Assembly: GCA_030605195.1 (NCBI GenBank)
Contig: JAUWBB010000002.1
Location: forward strand, 1-39,206
Length of the DNA: 39,206 nt
From: Bacteroidota bacterium
GTDB lineage: Bacteria > Bacteroidota > Bacteroidia > Bacteroidales > VadinHA17
Reading direction: 5' to 3'
Part shown: positions 24,401 to 33,700 of the stretch, one piece after another
How positions within the stretch are numbered: the stretch's first letter is position 1
Layout: each line of letters begins with the position of its first letter
The notes under the pieces: generated by a model
Database searches by the model: none
What the model saw: the letters and a program-made list of their open reading frames with translations, nothing else
What the model was told of the DNA's origin: nothing
Made by a program: the position numbers and the translations under genes

Positions 24401-24541
24401 TCAGTTTGTTGGAGGTTTGAAATTATAGAGACATTGATTCAGTGGCGTGCCAGGCACATTTATTTTTTCGATCTCTCCCTGTCCCATACCTGCTTCCGTC
24501 ATTGCTGACAGGTAAAGAACCCTTTTTGGATCAAATCCCTT
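24401..24541 (-). pseudogene. 3'-terminal relic of a DUF362-like gene
   Basis: The minus-strand frame reads '*KGFDPKRVLYLSAMTEAGMGQGEIEKINVPGTPLNQCLYNFKPPTN*'. This resembles the C-terminal '(M)GFDP..(V/I).(Y/H)L..A.E.GLG......I...G' segment I recall for DUF362 proteins. An in-frame stop lies immediately upstream, and the S9 peptidase gene occupies the space where the rest should be. Confidence 0.4.
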
Positions 24542-24591
24542 TTATAAAATCACGTCGATTCAAAGTGTTTTTTTTCATCTGGAAAAAAAAT

Positions 24592-27117
24592 CTATTTCTC
24601 CCCACTCATTCCCTTCTCACGGTTCATTTCGATAATATCTACATTATCCGTGAAATCATTGATGAGGTGCTTGCAAAAATAGTCCCCCCTCAACCAGAAA
24701 AAGTATTCGTTCATATCTCCAAAACCGTGACGCTGCCCAGGGAAGAGGAAGAAATCGAAACGTTTGTTGGCTTGAATAAGGGCATTCGCCAGCCGGATCG
24801 TGTTAGCGGGATGTACATTGTTGTCGATGTCACCGGTACAGATCAACAAGCGTCCTTTAAGGTTCCGGGCAATTTCGGAATTCTTATCAATGTCGTATTC
24901 GAACGTGATATTCCCGTCTTTGTCGACGATTTCTTTCACGCCGTGGTGCTTCTCGCTCCACCACCGATTATAGATATTATTTTCGTGGTTGCCTGAGGAT
25001 GAGACAGCTACTTTGAAAAAATCGGGGTATACAAGCAAAGCTGCTGTAGACATAAAACCTCCACCGGAATGGCCAAAGATGCCGACCTTATCGATATCAA
25101 TAAAAGTGTACCGGGCTGCCAGCTGTTCGATGACAGCTTTTTTATCGGCTAAACCGTAATCGCGCAGGTTGCCATAGCCATAGTTATGATACCATTTTGA
25201 ACGGCTGGGATGACCTCCCCTGTTGCCCGCTGTAATAACGATGAAGCCAAACTGTGCTAATCGATCGGTCCGGTCCATTCGTGTAGAAAATGATTTGTTT
25301 ACAGATTCCGTCTGCGGACCTGGATATACATAGGCAATGATAGGATATTTTTTTGTTGAGTCAAAATCGAAAGGTTTATACATCACGCCGTAAAGGTCTG
25401 TTATGCCATCATCAGCTTTAACCTTGAAGGGTTCTGGAAAATTGTATCCGGCCTCCATGAGTAGGGAAAGGTCCGCAATTTCCAGGTCTAGTACTTTATT
25501 ACCATTGTGATCCCTCAATTCGGATTTCGGGATCGTGTTGACAATGGAATAATTATCAACAAAAAACCAATGAGAATCGCACATGCGTACGGAATGGTTG
25601 AAATTGCTCGGGTTGAGTAGTTGCAGTCCTGTGCCGTCGAAGTTAACACGATATAAATGCAGATAATAGGGATCCTCATCCTTTTCACGTCCATTGGCAG
25701 TAAAGTACAGGACTCGATTTTTCTCGTCAATTCCTTGAATTCGATCACAATGGTATGGCCCCGAGGTAATCTGATTTTTCAGATTGCCCTTCCCATCATA
25801 GAGATAAAAATGTGCCCATCCGTCACTCTCCGACCAGTGAATAAGTTCTTTTCCGTTTTCTACGAGACCAAGAGGCCGGGTCTCCACATAGGTATTGAAC
25901 CTTTCTTCGATCAGTATATTTACTTTACCGGTTGTGGCATCAGCCACACAGACATCAACGCGTTTTAAGTCCCTGCTTGTGCGTACGAAATAGAGCTTAT
26001 CCGATGTCTCTGCCAGCCAGAGACGCGGTCTGTGCTCATCATCGCGGTTTTTTGCCAAAGAAGGAGCCGTAAGAATGGAAACGCTCTGGTCTTTAAACAT
26101 ATCGTCCTCTACCTGGATTCTTTCTTCGGTCTCCAGGTTGAAAATCAGTATGTCATACTGAGGTGCTTCTTTCTCGCCGGGCATATGGTATTTGTAGGTT
26201 TCTAAAGTCGGCCGGGGTTCGGCAATAGAATTAATAACCCACAGGTCCTTGACTTGCCGGTTGTCTGTGCGGGCCATGGCGATTTTTTTCGAATCCCTGG
26301 ACCAGACAATACGGACAGGCTTGCGTTTGTCTTTGGTCTTTTCCCTTTTCTTGTTGGTCTGGCCACGCTCAAACCGGGCATAGCTGTAATGCTCCATACC
26401 GTCAGTGGTCAACTGGTTCTCGATGATAGTCGTGTCTTTTTTGTCCTTCAAATACTTTTTAAAATTCTCCTTGTCCATGTAATAGAGATTGTGATTCCGG
26501 GCAAACAGGATGTTACTGCTATCAGGGGAAATATTTGCCCATTTCGGTTTCTCAGGTGGCTTTTTGTAGTCTTCAAGGTGAGTGAGCTTACCGGTGGCCA
26601 GATCGAACTCAAAATAAAAAATCTTTTTCTTGGTTTTCTTCTCTTTTTCATTTTCTTCGATGTCTTCTTCTTCCTCCTCCTCATCTTCTTCCTTCATTTC
26701 TTTTTCTTCTACTTCCTGGGAACTCTCCACTTCAAAGCGAACGGCCTTCTCATCTTTTGTGAACTTAATTTCTTTTATGGGAAGATGTTTGGCGCCGAAA
26801 GGATCTTTTATAATTCTGGTAAGCTCGGTGGTCAGCTTGACATTATCGAAGATGGGGCTTTTGGTCTTTTTGACCGGATCAACCAGATAGAACGTTTTGC
26901 CTTCGGGGGTTTCATAGCTGTACCAAAAATTATCGCTAAGTTTTAGATAGTGCGGATCGACGGACGTGTTGAAGGCCATCTTCTTCAATTTTTCAGGAGA
27001 GAATCTTGCGACCAGCTCGTAGTTTGCCTTCTTGATCGGTATGTTCTGAGCCAACATGTTGCCGGCGAAAAACAGCAGAAGCAGTTGAACGATCATAAGC
27101 ACTTTAGTTTTTTTCAT
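24592..27117 (-). CDS. S9 family serine peptidase (dipeptidyl-peptidase IV-like: beta-propeller plus alpha/beta hydrolase)
   Basis: Signal peptide, a long N-terminal propeller region and the nucleophile elbow 'GIFGHSGGGFMS'. Asp in 'CTGDIDNNVHP' and His in 'FPGQRHGF' are likely catalytic. GGAGG (27126-27130) lies 8 nt upstream of the ATG. Confidence 0.85.
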   Translation of the reverse strand: MKKTKVLMIVQLLLLFFAGNMLAQNIPIKKANYELVARFSPEKLKKMAFNTSVDPHYLKLSDNFWYSYETPEGKTFYLVDPVKKTKSPIFDNVKLTTELTRIIKDPFGAKHLPIKEIKFTKDEKAVRFEVESSQEVEEKEMKEEDEEEEEEDIEENEKEKKTKKKIFYFEFDLATGKLTHLEDYKKPPEKPKWANISPDSSNILFARNHNLYYMDKENFKKYLKDKKDTTIIENQLTTDGMEHYSYARFERGQTNKKREKTKDKRKPVRIVWSRDSKKIAMARTDNRQVKDLWVINSIAEPRPTLETYKYHMPGEKEAPQYDILIFNLETEERIQVEDDMFKDQSVSILTAPSLAKNRDDEHRPRLWLAETSDKLYFVRTSRDLKRVDVCVADATTGKVNILIEERFNTYVETRPLGLVENGKELIHWSESDGWAHFYLYDGKGNLKNQITSGPYHCDRIQGIDEKNRVLYFTANGREKDEDPYYLHLYRVNFDGTGLQLLNPSNFNHSVRMCDSHWFFVDNYSIVNTIPKSELRDHNGNKVLDLEIADLSLLMEAGYNFPEPFKVKADDGITDLYGVMYKPFDFDSTKKYPIIAYVYPGPQTESVNKSFSTRMDRTDRLAQFGFIVITAGNRGGHPSRSKWYHNYGYGNLRDYGLADKKAVIEQLAARYTFIDIDKVGIFGHSGGGFMSTAALLVYPDFFKVAVSSSGNHENNIYNRWWSEKHHGVKEIVDKDGNITFEYDIDKNSEIARNLKGRLLICTGDIDNNVHPANTIRLANALIQANKRFDFFLFPGQRHGFGDMNEYFFWLRGDYFCKHLINDFTDNVDIIEMNREKGMSGEK

Positions 27118-27468
27118 ATTAATTACCTCCTTGTTAATAATTTACTGTGACCCATCCGGAAGACTATATACTTGGTAATTCAACTGTAAGTCTTCAGAAA
27201 AGAGTGAACTAATTGTAACATAAAAATAGGAAAAATATTCCTGTTCAATATAATAATTTCCAGCGAATCAGAAGGAAAAATAAATCACAGAATTTTCAAA
27301 GTAAGTTTAGCCTGACGTATTTATAAATATTTTAAATGATTAAAACCTTTATTATTTCTCTACGTCAGAAGAATAATTCATAGGAATTTATTAACTATAC
27401 AGATTAGAAAGAGGAGATTATAAAATCCTTCCTAAAACTCCTTGAAGACACCATTTATTATGTTACTT

Positions 27469-27504
27469 AAAAAACCGTAATCATTAATACATCAATTGAT
27501 TACG
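27469..27504 (-). terminator. intrinsic terminator downstream of the cysteine desulfurase gene
   Basis: On the minus strand, cgtaatca / 13-nt loop / tgattacg (8-bp stem, 27476-27504) is followed by gTTTTTT (plus-strand A6 at 27469-27474). Confidence 0.5.
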
Positions 27505-27525
27505 ACTTTTGAAAATTGATTAAAT

Positions 27526-28686
27526 TTATTTTTTAATAGAAACAATTTCCCTCACCGCTTCAATTGCTGTATCAATATGTTCTTCAGTATTAAAAGGACC
27601 GGGGCTTAATCTAACTGTTCCATGAATTTTATCAGTCCCTAACTGTGCATGTACCAACGGTGCACATTGCAATCCGCTTCGACAAGCTATTTTATAGTCA
27701 ACATCAAGAATTGTTTCCACATCCCCGGCGTCCCAACCTTTAATGTTGAAGCTCAAAACAGGAATTCGATTCTCAATCCCTTCAGCACAATAAATTACAA
27801 CACCATCTATCATCTGAAGGCCTTTTCGGAATTTGTCCCACAACTCTATTTCCTTTTTATGAATGTTTTCAAGGCCTTTTTCATTAATCCATTTTTGCCC
27901 TGCAAGGAGGCCTGCAACACCCACGATGTTTAAAGTACCACATTCGAGGCGGTATGGAAATTCCTCCAGGTGGAAACGTTGGGCCGACCGTACACCTGTT
28001 CCTCCAAAACGGGTAGGCCGGATTTCAATGTTTTCACCTGTATACAGGCCACCAATTCCTGTTGGTCCCATCAAACATTTGTGTCCTGTAAAGGCCACAA
28101 TATCAATGTTCATAGCTCTAACATCAACTTTTATAACTCCTGCAGTTTGACTTACATCAACAGCAAACAGAATACCTGCTTCCCTGCAATACTTACCAAT
28201 TTCTGCAATGGATTGAACAGTCCCAATAACGTTTGAACCGTGATTCAGAATAACGAGTTTCGTATTTTTCCTGAATGCCTTTTTTACATCATCAGGGTCT
28301 ATGTATCCCTTCTCATCAAAAGGAACATAAGTCACATCAATGGTTCCATCATGTTCTTTATGGTAAAGTGGCCGAAGAACCGAGTTGTGCTCCAGATTGC
28401 TGGTAATAACATGATCCCCTTTCTCAACCAGACCGTTGATGATCATGTTCAGGGAATCACTGGCATTATAATTAAATGTTAGCCTATTTGGATTTGTACC
28501 ATTAAAAAACCGGGTCAAGCTTTTGCGGGTTGAATATATAATTTCTTCGGTTGCCATACACATGTCATATCCTGAACGACCCGGATTAACCCCATTCTTT
28601 TGATAAAATTCATGCATAAAATCGTATACACTCTGAGGTTTAGGGTAAGTTGTAGCAGCATTATCTAAATAAATGAGATTTTCCAT
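27526..28686 (-). CDS. class V aminotransferase-fold cysteine desulfurase family protein
   Basis: 'IYLDNAATTYPKP' N-terminus, the PLP-lysine region 'AFTGHKCLMGPTGIGGLY' and the active-site Cys loop 'ACRSGLQCAP'. Confidence 0.85.
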   Translation of the reverse strand: MENLIYLDNAATTYPKPQSVYDFMHEFYQKNGVNPGRSGYDMCMATEEIIYSTRKSLTRFFNGTNPNRLTFNYNASDSLNMIINGLVEKGDHVITSNLEHNSVLRPLYHKEHDGTIDVTYVPFDEKGYIDPDDVKKAFRKNTKLVILNHGSNVIGTVQSIAEIGKYCREAGILFAVDVSQTAGVIKVDVRAMNIDIVAFTGHKCLMGPTGIGGLYTGENIEIRPTRFGGTGVRSAQRFHLEEFPYRLECGTLNIVGVAGLLAGQKWINEKGLENIHKKEIELWDKFRKGLQMIDGVVIYCAEGIENRIPVLSFNIKGWDAGDVETILDVDYKIACRSGLQCAPLVHAQLGTDKIHGTVRLSPGPFNTEEHIDTAIEAVREIVSIKK

Positions 28687-28961
28687 ATAGTATCGTATAA
28701 AAGTTAGTTGAAATTTTTAAAGAGAGGTTCCTTAAAATTTTATTAATATTGTTTTTAAGCTAATAAAAATTAGTAATTAAAAAAGGAACCTCATGGAAAA
28801 CAAAAATAAAAAAATTATTCGATAAAAAATTGATTGGTTATTAGAACAGCAAATCGAAGGTAAAGCATCATATGGACCGGGTGGCAAAGGCGCCCATTCA
28901 AGCACTTGAAATTGACAGATAGTTAGTATATTTACATTCCAAATCAACACAACTTGATTTA

Positions 28962-29033
28962 ATGCCTGACAAACCAAAAAACTTCATCCGATTCTGGCAG
29001 GAACTTAAATTAGATTTAAAAAACTCCTTATGA
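28962..29033 (+). pseudogene. 23-codon ORF that duplicates the ancestral-looking N-terminus of the downstream TPR gene
   Basis: It encodes MPDKPKNFIRFWQELKLDLKNSL*. The stop lies 1 nt before the ATG at 29035. 'FWQELK' and 18/19 nt (28991-29009) recur at 29583-29601 inside the downstream CDS. Confidence 0.4.
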
Positions 29034-29034
29034 T

Positions 29035-30672
29035 ATGAAAGTTTGGTCAAGAGAAGTAAAAGAATTAGAAAAGTTTAATAAGACCTTAAAGGGTCAGGTT
29101 CCGGATCTGGCGAAAGAACTAGTAAAATTAGTTAGTGCTGATGATGAGAACATGTTATTGATCTATTCAAGAAGGTGCCTGGAAGTGATTGTTACAGATC
29201 TGTGTGAATGCGAACTGAAAAGACCACGAAAGACAGAACCTCTCCAAGGTATCATTGATAAACTAAACAAGGAAGAGAAGGTCCCCTCCCATATCATCAC
29301 CTCGATGCTGAACCTGAACAGTTTATCTACCTATGGAGCTCACCCCAAAGAGTTTGATCCGGAACAGGTACGTCCTGTGTTAATTAATTTGTCAACTATC
29401 ATTAAGTGGTATCTGAAATATAAAAATATTGATTACAAAGTAAGGGTTGAAGAACGTGAGAGTGAAAGCCCGGATGAAGTATTTGCCATTTCCAATAAAG
29501 GCTTGGTTATTCCAAAAGCTCACGAAATTGAGGGGAAAACAAATATTCTTTCAACGCCACAATCCACAAATAAACTAACCCAATTCTGGCAGGAACTGAA
29601 AAGACGAAAAGTAGTTCGTGTAATTACAGTTTACGCTGCAGTAGCATTTGTTATTATTGAACTCATTAATAATATTGTTGAGCCTTTGCAGTTACCTGAA
29701 TGGACTTCCACATTGGTTATTGTGCTTCTTGCCATTGGATTTCCCATTGTAATAATATTCTCCTGGATATTTGATATTACTCCGGAAGGTGTTAAGGTTA
29801 CAGAATCTATTGAAGTAACAGAACAGAAAGAAGCAAAACCTGTTCAACCATCTAAGACTGACCTCCGGAAGAAAACAACCTTAATAAAGATTGCCATTCC
29901 AATTTGTGTTGTCGCTGCGGGAATAGTGATAGTGCTTTATTGGGATGATATTATACAAAGAGTAGATGATAGTAATTCGAGAAGAGAAATTGCACAATTA
30001 CATGTAGAAAATGCAATGTCATATATACAACTTAACTATCTTGATTCAGCAAAAATGGAATTTGAATTAGCTTTAAAAAGCGACTCAACTTATTCACCTG
30101 CATGGAGCAACATGGCTGTTTTGAATTACACCCAGGATAATCTGGACATGGCAATTTTTCACACAATAAAGGCTATAGAATATGATCAATCGAATATCGG
30201 TGCATTCTATAATCTGGCATTTACCTTGGAAGATAAAGAGCTCTATGACCAGGCAGTCAAATTGTATTCAAATGCTATTGAGATGGATTCAACTTTCACC
30301 GCGGCATATAGTGCTTTGGGTAATTTACAAAATAAGTTGAACAAACCTGTTAATGCTATCCTGGTTTTGAACAAAGCGAAAAGCATTACACCGGAATCAG
30401 AATATATTTTTTTAATCTACAAAAATCTCGGGAACGCGTATTTAATTTTGGAGCAGTACGATGAGGCTATAAAACATCTTGAACACTCAAGATATCTAAA
30501 CCAAAACTATCCTGAGACAATCCAATTTTTAGCCAAAGCATACGAAGCTGCCGGAATGATGGATAAAAGCATAGAACAGTGGCAGGTTTATATTGACCTG
30601 GAAACCGACACATTAAAAATAAGAGAAGCGCAGGAGCACCTGAAGGAGATTACAATTAAACATCTTCAGTAA
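29035..30672 (+). CDS. DUF4145-like N-terminal domain / transmembrane / TPR-repeat protein
   Basis: aa 1-130 show 'YSRRCLEVIVTDLC....LQGIIDKL......PSHIITSMLNLNSLSTYGAHP', the DUF4145-type pattern. aa 184-300 hold 'FWQELKRRKVVRV' plus hydrophobic helices. The C-terminal half has at least 5 TPR-like repeats (A..Y.NLA/G...). Confidence 0.7.
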   Translation: MKVWSREVKELEKFNKTLKGQVPDLAKELVKLVSADDENMLLIYSRRCLEVIVTDLCECELKRPRKTEPLQGIIDKLNKEEKVPSHIITSMLNLNSLSTYGAHPKEFDPEQVRPVLINLSTIIKWYLKYKNIDYKVRVEERESESPDEVFAISNKGLVIPKAHEIEGKTNILSTPQSTNKLTQFWQELKRRKVVRVITVYAAVAFVIIELINNIVEPLQLPEWTSTLVIVLLAIGFPIVIIFSWIFDITPEGVKVTESIEVTEQKEAKPVQPSKTDLRKKTTLIKIAIPICVVAAGIVIVLYWDDIIQRVDDSNSRREIAQLHVENAMSYIQLNYLDSAKMEFELALKSDSTYSPAWSNMAVLNYTQDNLDMAIFHTIKAIEYDQSNIGAFYNLAFTLEDKELYDQAVKLYSNAIEMDSTFTAAYSALGNLQNKLNKPVNAILVLNKAKSITPESEYIFLIYKNLGNAYLILEQYDEAIKHLEHSRYLNQNYPETIQFLAKAYEAAGMMDKSIEQWQVYIDLETDTLKIREAQEHLKEITIKHLQ

Positions 30673-30685
30673 ATCATCCGGTAAT

Positions 30686-30715
30686 AAAAGGCGGAGGTAT
30701 ATACTTCCGCCTTTT
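30686..30715. terminator. bidirectional intrinsic terminator between convergent genes
   Basis: aaaaggcggagg / tatata / cttccgcctttt: a 12-bp stem with one G:U, an A-run on the left and a T-run on the right. Confidence 0.65.
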
Positions 30716-30743
30716 ATACAAATAGATTATCCAAAATAGTTCC

Positions 30744-33700
30744 TTACTTAAGTATAACTATTTTCTTCACATTCTGTACATAACCTGCCATGAAGCGTAT
30801 AAAGTAATTACCATCAGGTGCTTTCCGGCCATCCTCATACCTGCCATCCCATTCAACTGTATAACGGCCCGACGTCATCTTTTTATCAACAAGATTGGCA
30901 ACTACCTGACCGGTAATGTTATAAACCCTCAGCCATACCTGAACAGGAATGTCATTTTCTGCAGATACCGCGTAATGAATTGTTGTTGAAAAACCGAACG
31001 GGTTTGGATAGATCAGGCCTAATGCAGACTCCAACTGCAATCCGGGCCCTTCAACACCTGTATTTATAACATAAGATTTCTTAGTATACTCAAGCTGATC
31101 TATTATTGCATAAGTTGCATTAATTATAGCAGTAGCTTGTTCTGCAGGAATTTCACCACCATACATCAGACCGGTTACCTGGTTAATAAAGGCATTAAGA
31201 TGATTTATTGCTACCTTGGTCTGGCCTTTTTCTAACTTATTCAGGGCCTGATTTAGTTTAGTAATCAAAGCATTCCCCTGGCCATGGGTTATAATGCCTG
31301 CATTGACCATATTTTGAATGTTGATTATCAGGTCTCCAATCGATTTCAAAGGTGATACCGGCCCGCAGCAAAGATCAACAACTGTAACAGTTCCGCTGCC
31401 CTCTGGAGAAGTTGAATTTACAACAACAAGCTTTTCGGCATAAGGATCGATTATAATTCCTTCCGGCTCATCTCCTACAGGAATAGTATTGTGTAGTGTC
31501 AGAGTAATATCCCAATAGTAGGATGTGTTTGTACCACCACCTCCACCAAAATCCAGTTTTAAAACAGAAACTGTTCCATCATCATTCGTTACATAAACAA
31601 ACATGGCATCAGGACTGACCTCCAAATCCCTGGCCCTGGAACCGGTATTTACATTGGCAATAACCGCACCGAATGAGTTGCTGGTGGGATATATATCAAT
31701 GACCAGAAGGTTACCATCCATAGTAGACACGATTGCCAGACCGGCATCCGGCGTAACTTCTACATCCCTTGTCCCCGAACCTGAATTAACGTTGGCAATT
31801 ACACTGTTGAAGTTTATGTCAGCAGGATCACTGTTGATTATCGTCAATCCATTATCTCCTGTAACCAATACCAGACCGGCATCCGGTGTAACATCAATAT
31901 CCCTGTTCCGCGTTCCTGTATTCACATTTGCAATTACATGGTTAAACCCGCCGCTGGCTGGGTCAACGTCAATCACAGATATGTTCTCTGAAGTGTAATT
32001 GGCCACATACACCTTACCATCAGGGGATACCACCACTCCATAGGGATTTACTCCAACATGAATAGTTTCTATTACATCATATTCATCATCTCCGTCAAGG
32101 TCTTGCAAATCTATTACAGAAACGGTGTGAGATGTAAAATTGGTTACATAAGCCAAAGTACCTTCAGGATTTATGTCTATCTTCAAAGGTGTATCACCAA
32201 CGAGAATAGGATCACCAATAGTCGCGAGGCTACTCATCCCAATTACAGAAACCGTACCTGACCCTGAATTGGTTATGAACGCGAATGCAGCATCAGGTGT
32301 GACTGCAACATCCCGTGACCCGGAGCCTGTATTCACATTTGCAAGAATTTCATCACAAGGAATCAGTGATTGCGGGATAACATAGAAATACATTTCATTG
32401 CTCGGATCACTGCCATTTACCGAGATAGTCACCGGTCCGGAAATCGCCCCAAGCGGCACTTTAACTGCCAGGCTTGAAAGTGATGAGTTATTAACTGCTG
32501 CAGTTGTTCCGTTAAATATTACTGTATTATTGCCTGGATTGGGATCAAATCCGGAACCGGCAATAGTAACCACAGAACCTATCACTCCACTGGGAGGATC
32601 GAGGTAATCAATATGTGGAACACTTGGTTCGGCTGCAGTTGTAAAGGTAGCAGTTCTATCAGATGCCAACGGTAAAGGTGATGCTGAGACATCATAAATA
32701 CATGGATCGTTGCAATTATCACCATTCCAATTACATCCAATAAGTAATATGTCATAAGTTTCACCGAAATTCAGATTTTCATCAGGCCTGAAAACCACCC
32801 GTGAATCTTCCATAAGAAACTCAAAGGAACCGGAAACCTGGGTGCCATCAAATCCAAGCAATTTAAACGTTAATGGTGTTATAGTTGCTGTGTTAATTGG
32901 TTCACTGAAATCAACCACTACCGGAGTTTCAACTGTCACTTCATTACCTTCCGGCCCCAGATAAAGAATTTCGGGAGGGGCTTCAGGTACTGTTTTGAAA
33001 GTGATAATAGAGTCACTTTCAAGCGCGTTTCCAGACAGGTCAGTAATTTCCGTTGATAATGTTATCGAGTATTCTGTATCCTCCAGCAGACTTCTCAATG
33101 GTGTAAATGTCAGCATTGTATTTTCCGGATTCCATTCATAGGATCCTTCTACTTCTTGAGTACCTTCGCAACTGAGTGTAAAGCCTTCTGCTGTTTGAGT
33201 TCGGTCCATAGGTTCAGAGAAGAATACAAGGATCTCTGATGTAACGAATACACTATCCGTCCCATTTTCAGGAATAATATCTTCTACAGTAGGATCTAGT
33301 GTATCTGCTAGTTCAGTTTTAAAAGTACTAACAATCTCATTTACGATAACGAGTGAATTGGATTTTAAGTCAGTAATATCCTCTGTTAGATGAAGACTAT
33401 ATTCGGTATCATAAAACATAGGATTTTCTGGTGTAAAGAGGATTATATGTGTACTGTCCCCCAGAGGGTTATAACTTCCGCCAAGAGATCCGTTTCCCCA
33501 AATAAGATAACAGGTTGTATCTGTAAATGTGTTCAAATCTACAGGTTCAGAGAACTTAATAATAATATTTGATAAAACATCAACCGTATCTATATATATC
33601 GTATCTCTATATATGGTATCTGATGTTGAGACTGCCAAAATATATGGAGGGGTATCATCTATATTGGTAATTAAATCTATACCTACAGCCGAATCAACAT

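Noticed and set aside
24442-24996. 184-aa plus-strand ORF
   Set aside because: It is antisense to the well-supported catalytic domain of the S9 peptidase and to the DUF362-like relic. It has no recognisable motif, and its track start is a non-ATG codon.
26254-26946. 230-aa plus-strand ORF and neighbouring ORFs rich in F/S/L
   Set aside because: It is antisense to the S9 peptidase. The poly-Phe/Ser run is simply the complement of the GAA/GAG acidic tract.
27312-27368. 8-bp inverted repeat ctgacgta ... tacgtcag with a 41-nt AT-rich loop, plus gaagact/agtcttc at 27159-27195
   Set aside because: These are short stems with long AT loops in an AT-rich spacer, which is within chance expectation. 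There is no second copy and no positional logic beyond lying upstream of the peptidase gene.
28777-28977. 66-aa minus-strand ORF in the spacer between the cysteine desulfurase and TPR genes
   Set aside because: It has no motif and overlaps both the inverted repeat and the mini-ORF region on the other strand. Its track start is a non-ATG codon. It is more likely non-coding control sequence.
31600-32350. Repeated approximately 20-nt segments (cctgtattcacatttgcaa-like) that could suggest a CRISPR-like or DGR template/variable repeat pair
   Set aside because: They are in-frame copies that encode the ANVNTGS blade motif of the propeller, with irregular spacing. There are no cas genes, no reverse transcriptase and no adenine-specific mismatch pattern.
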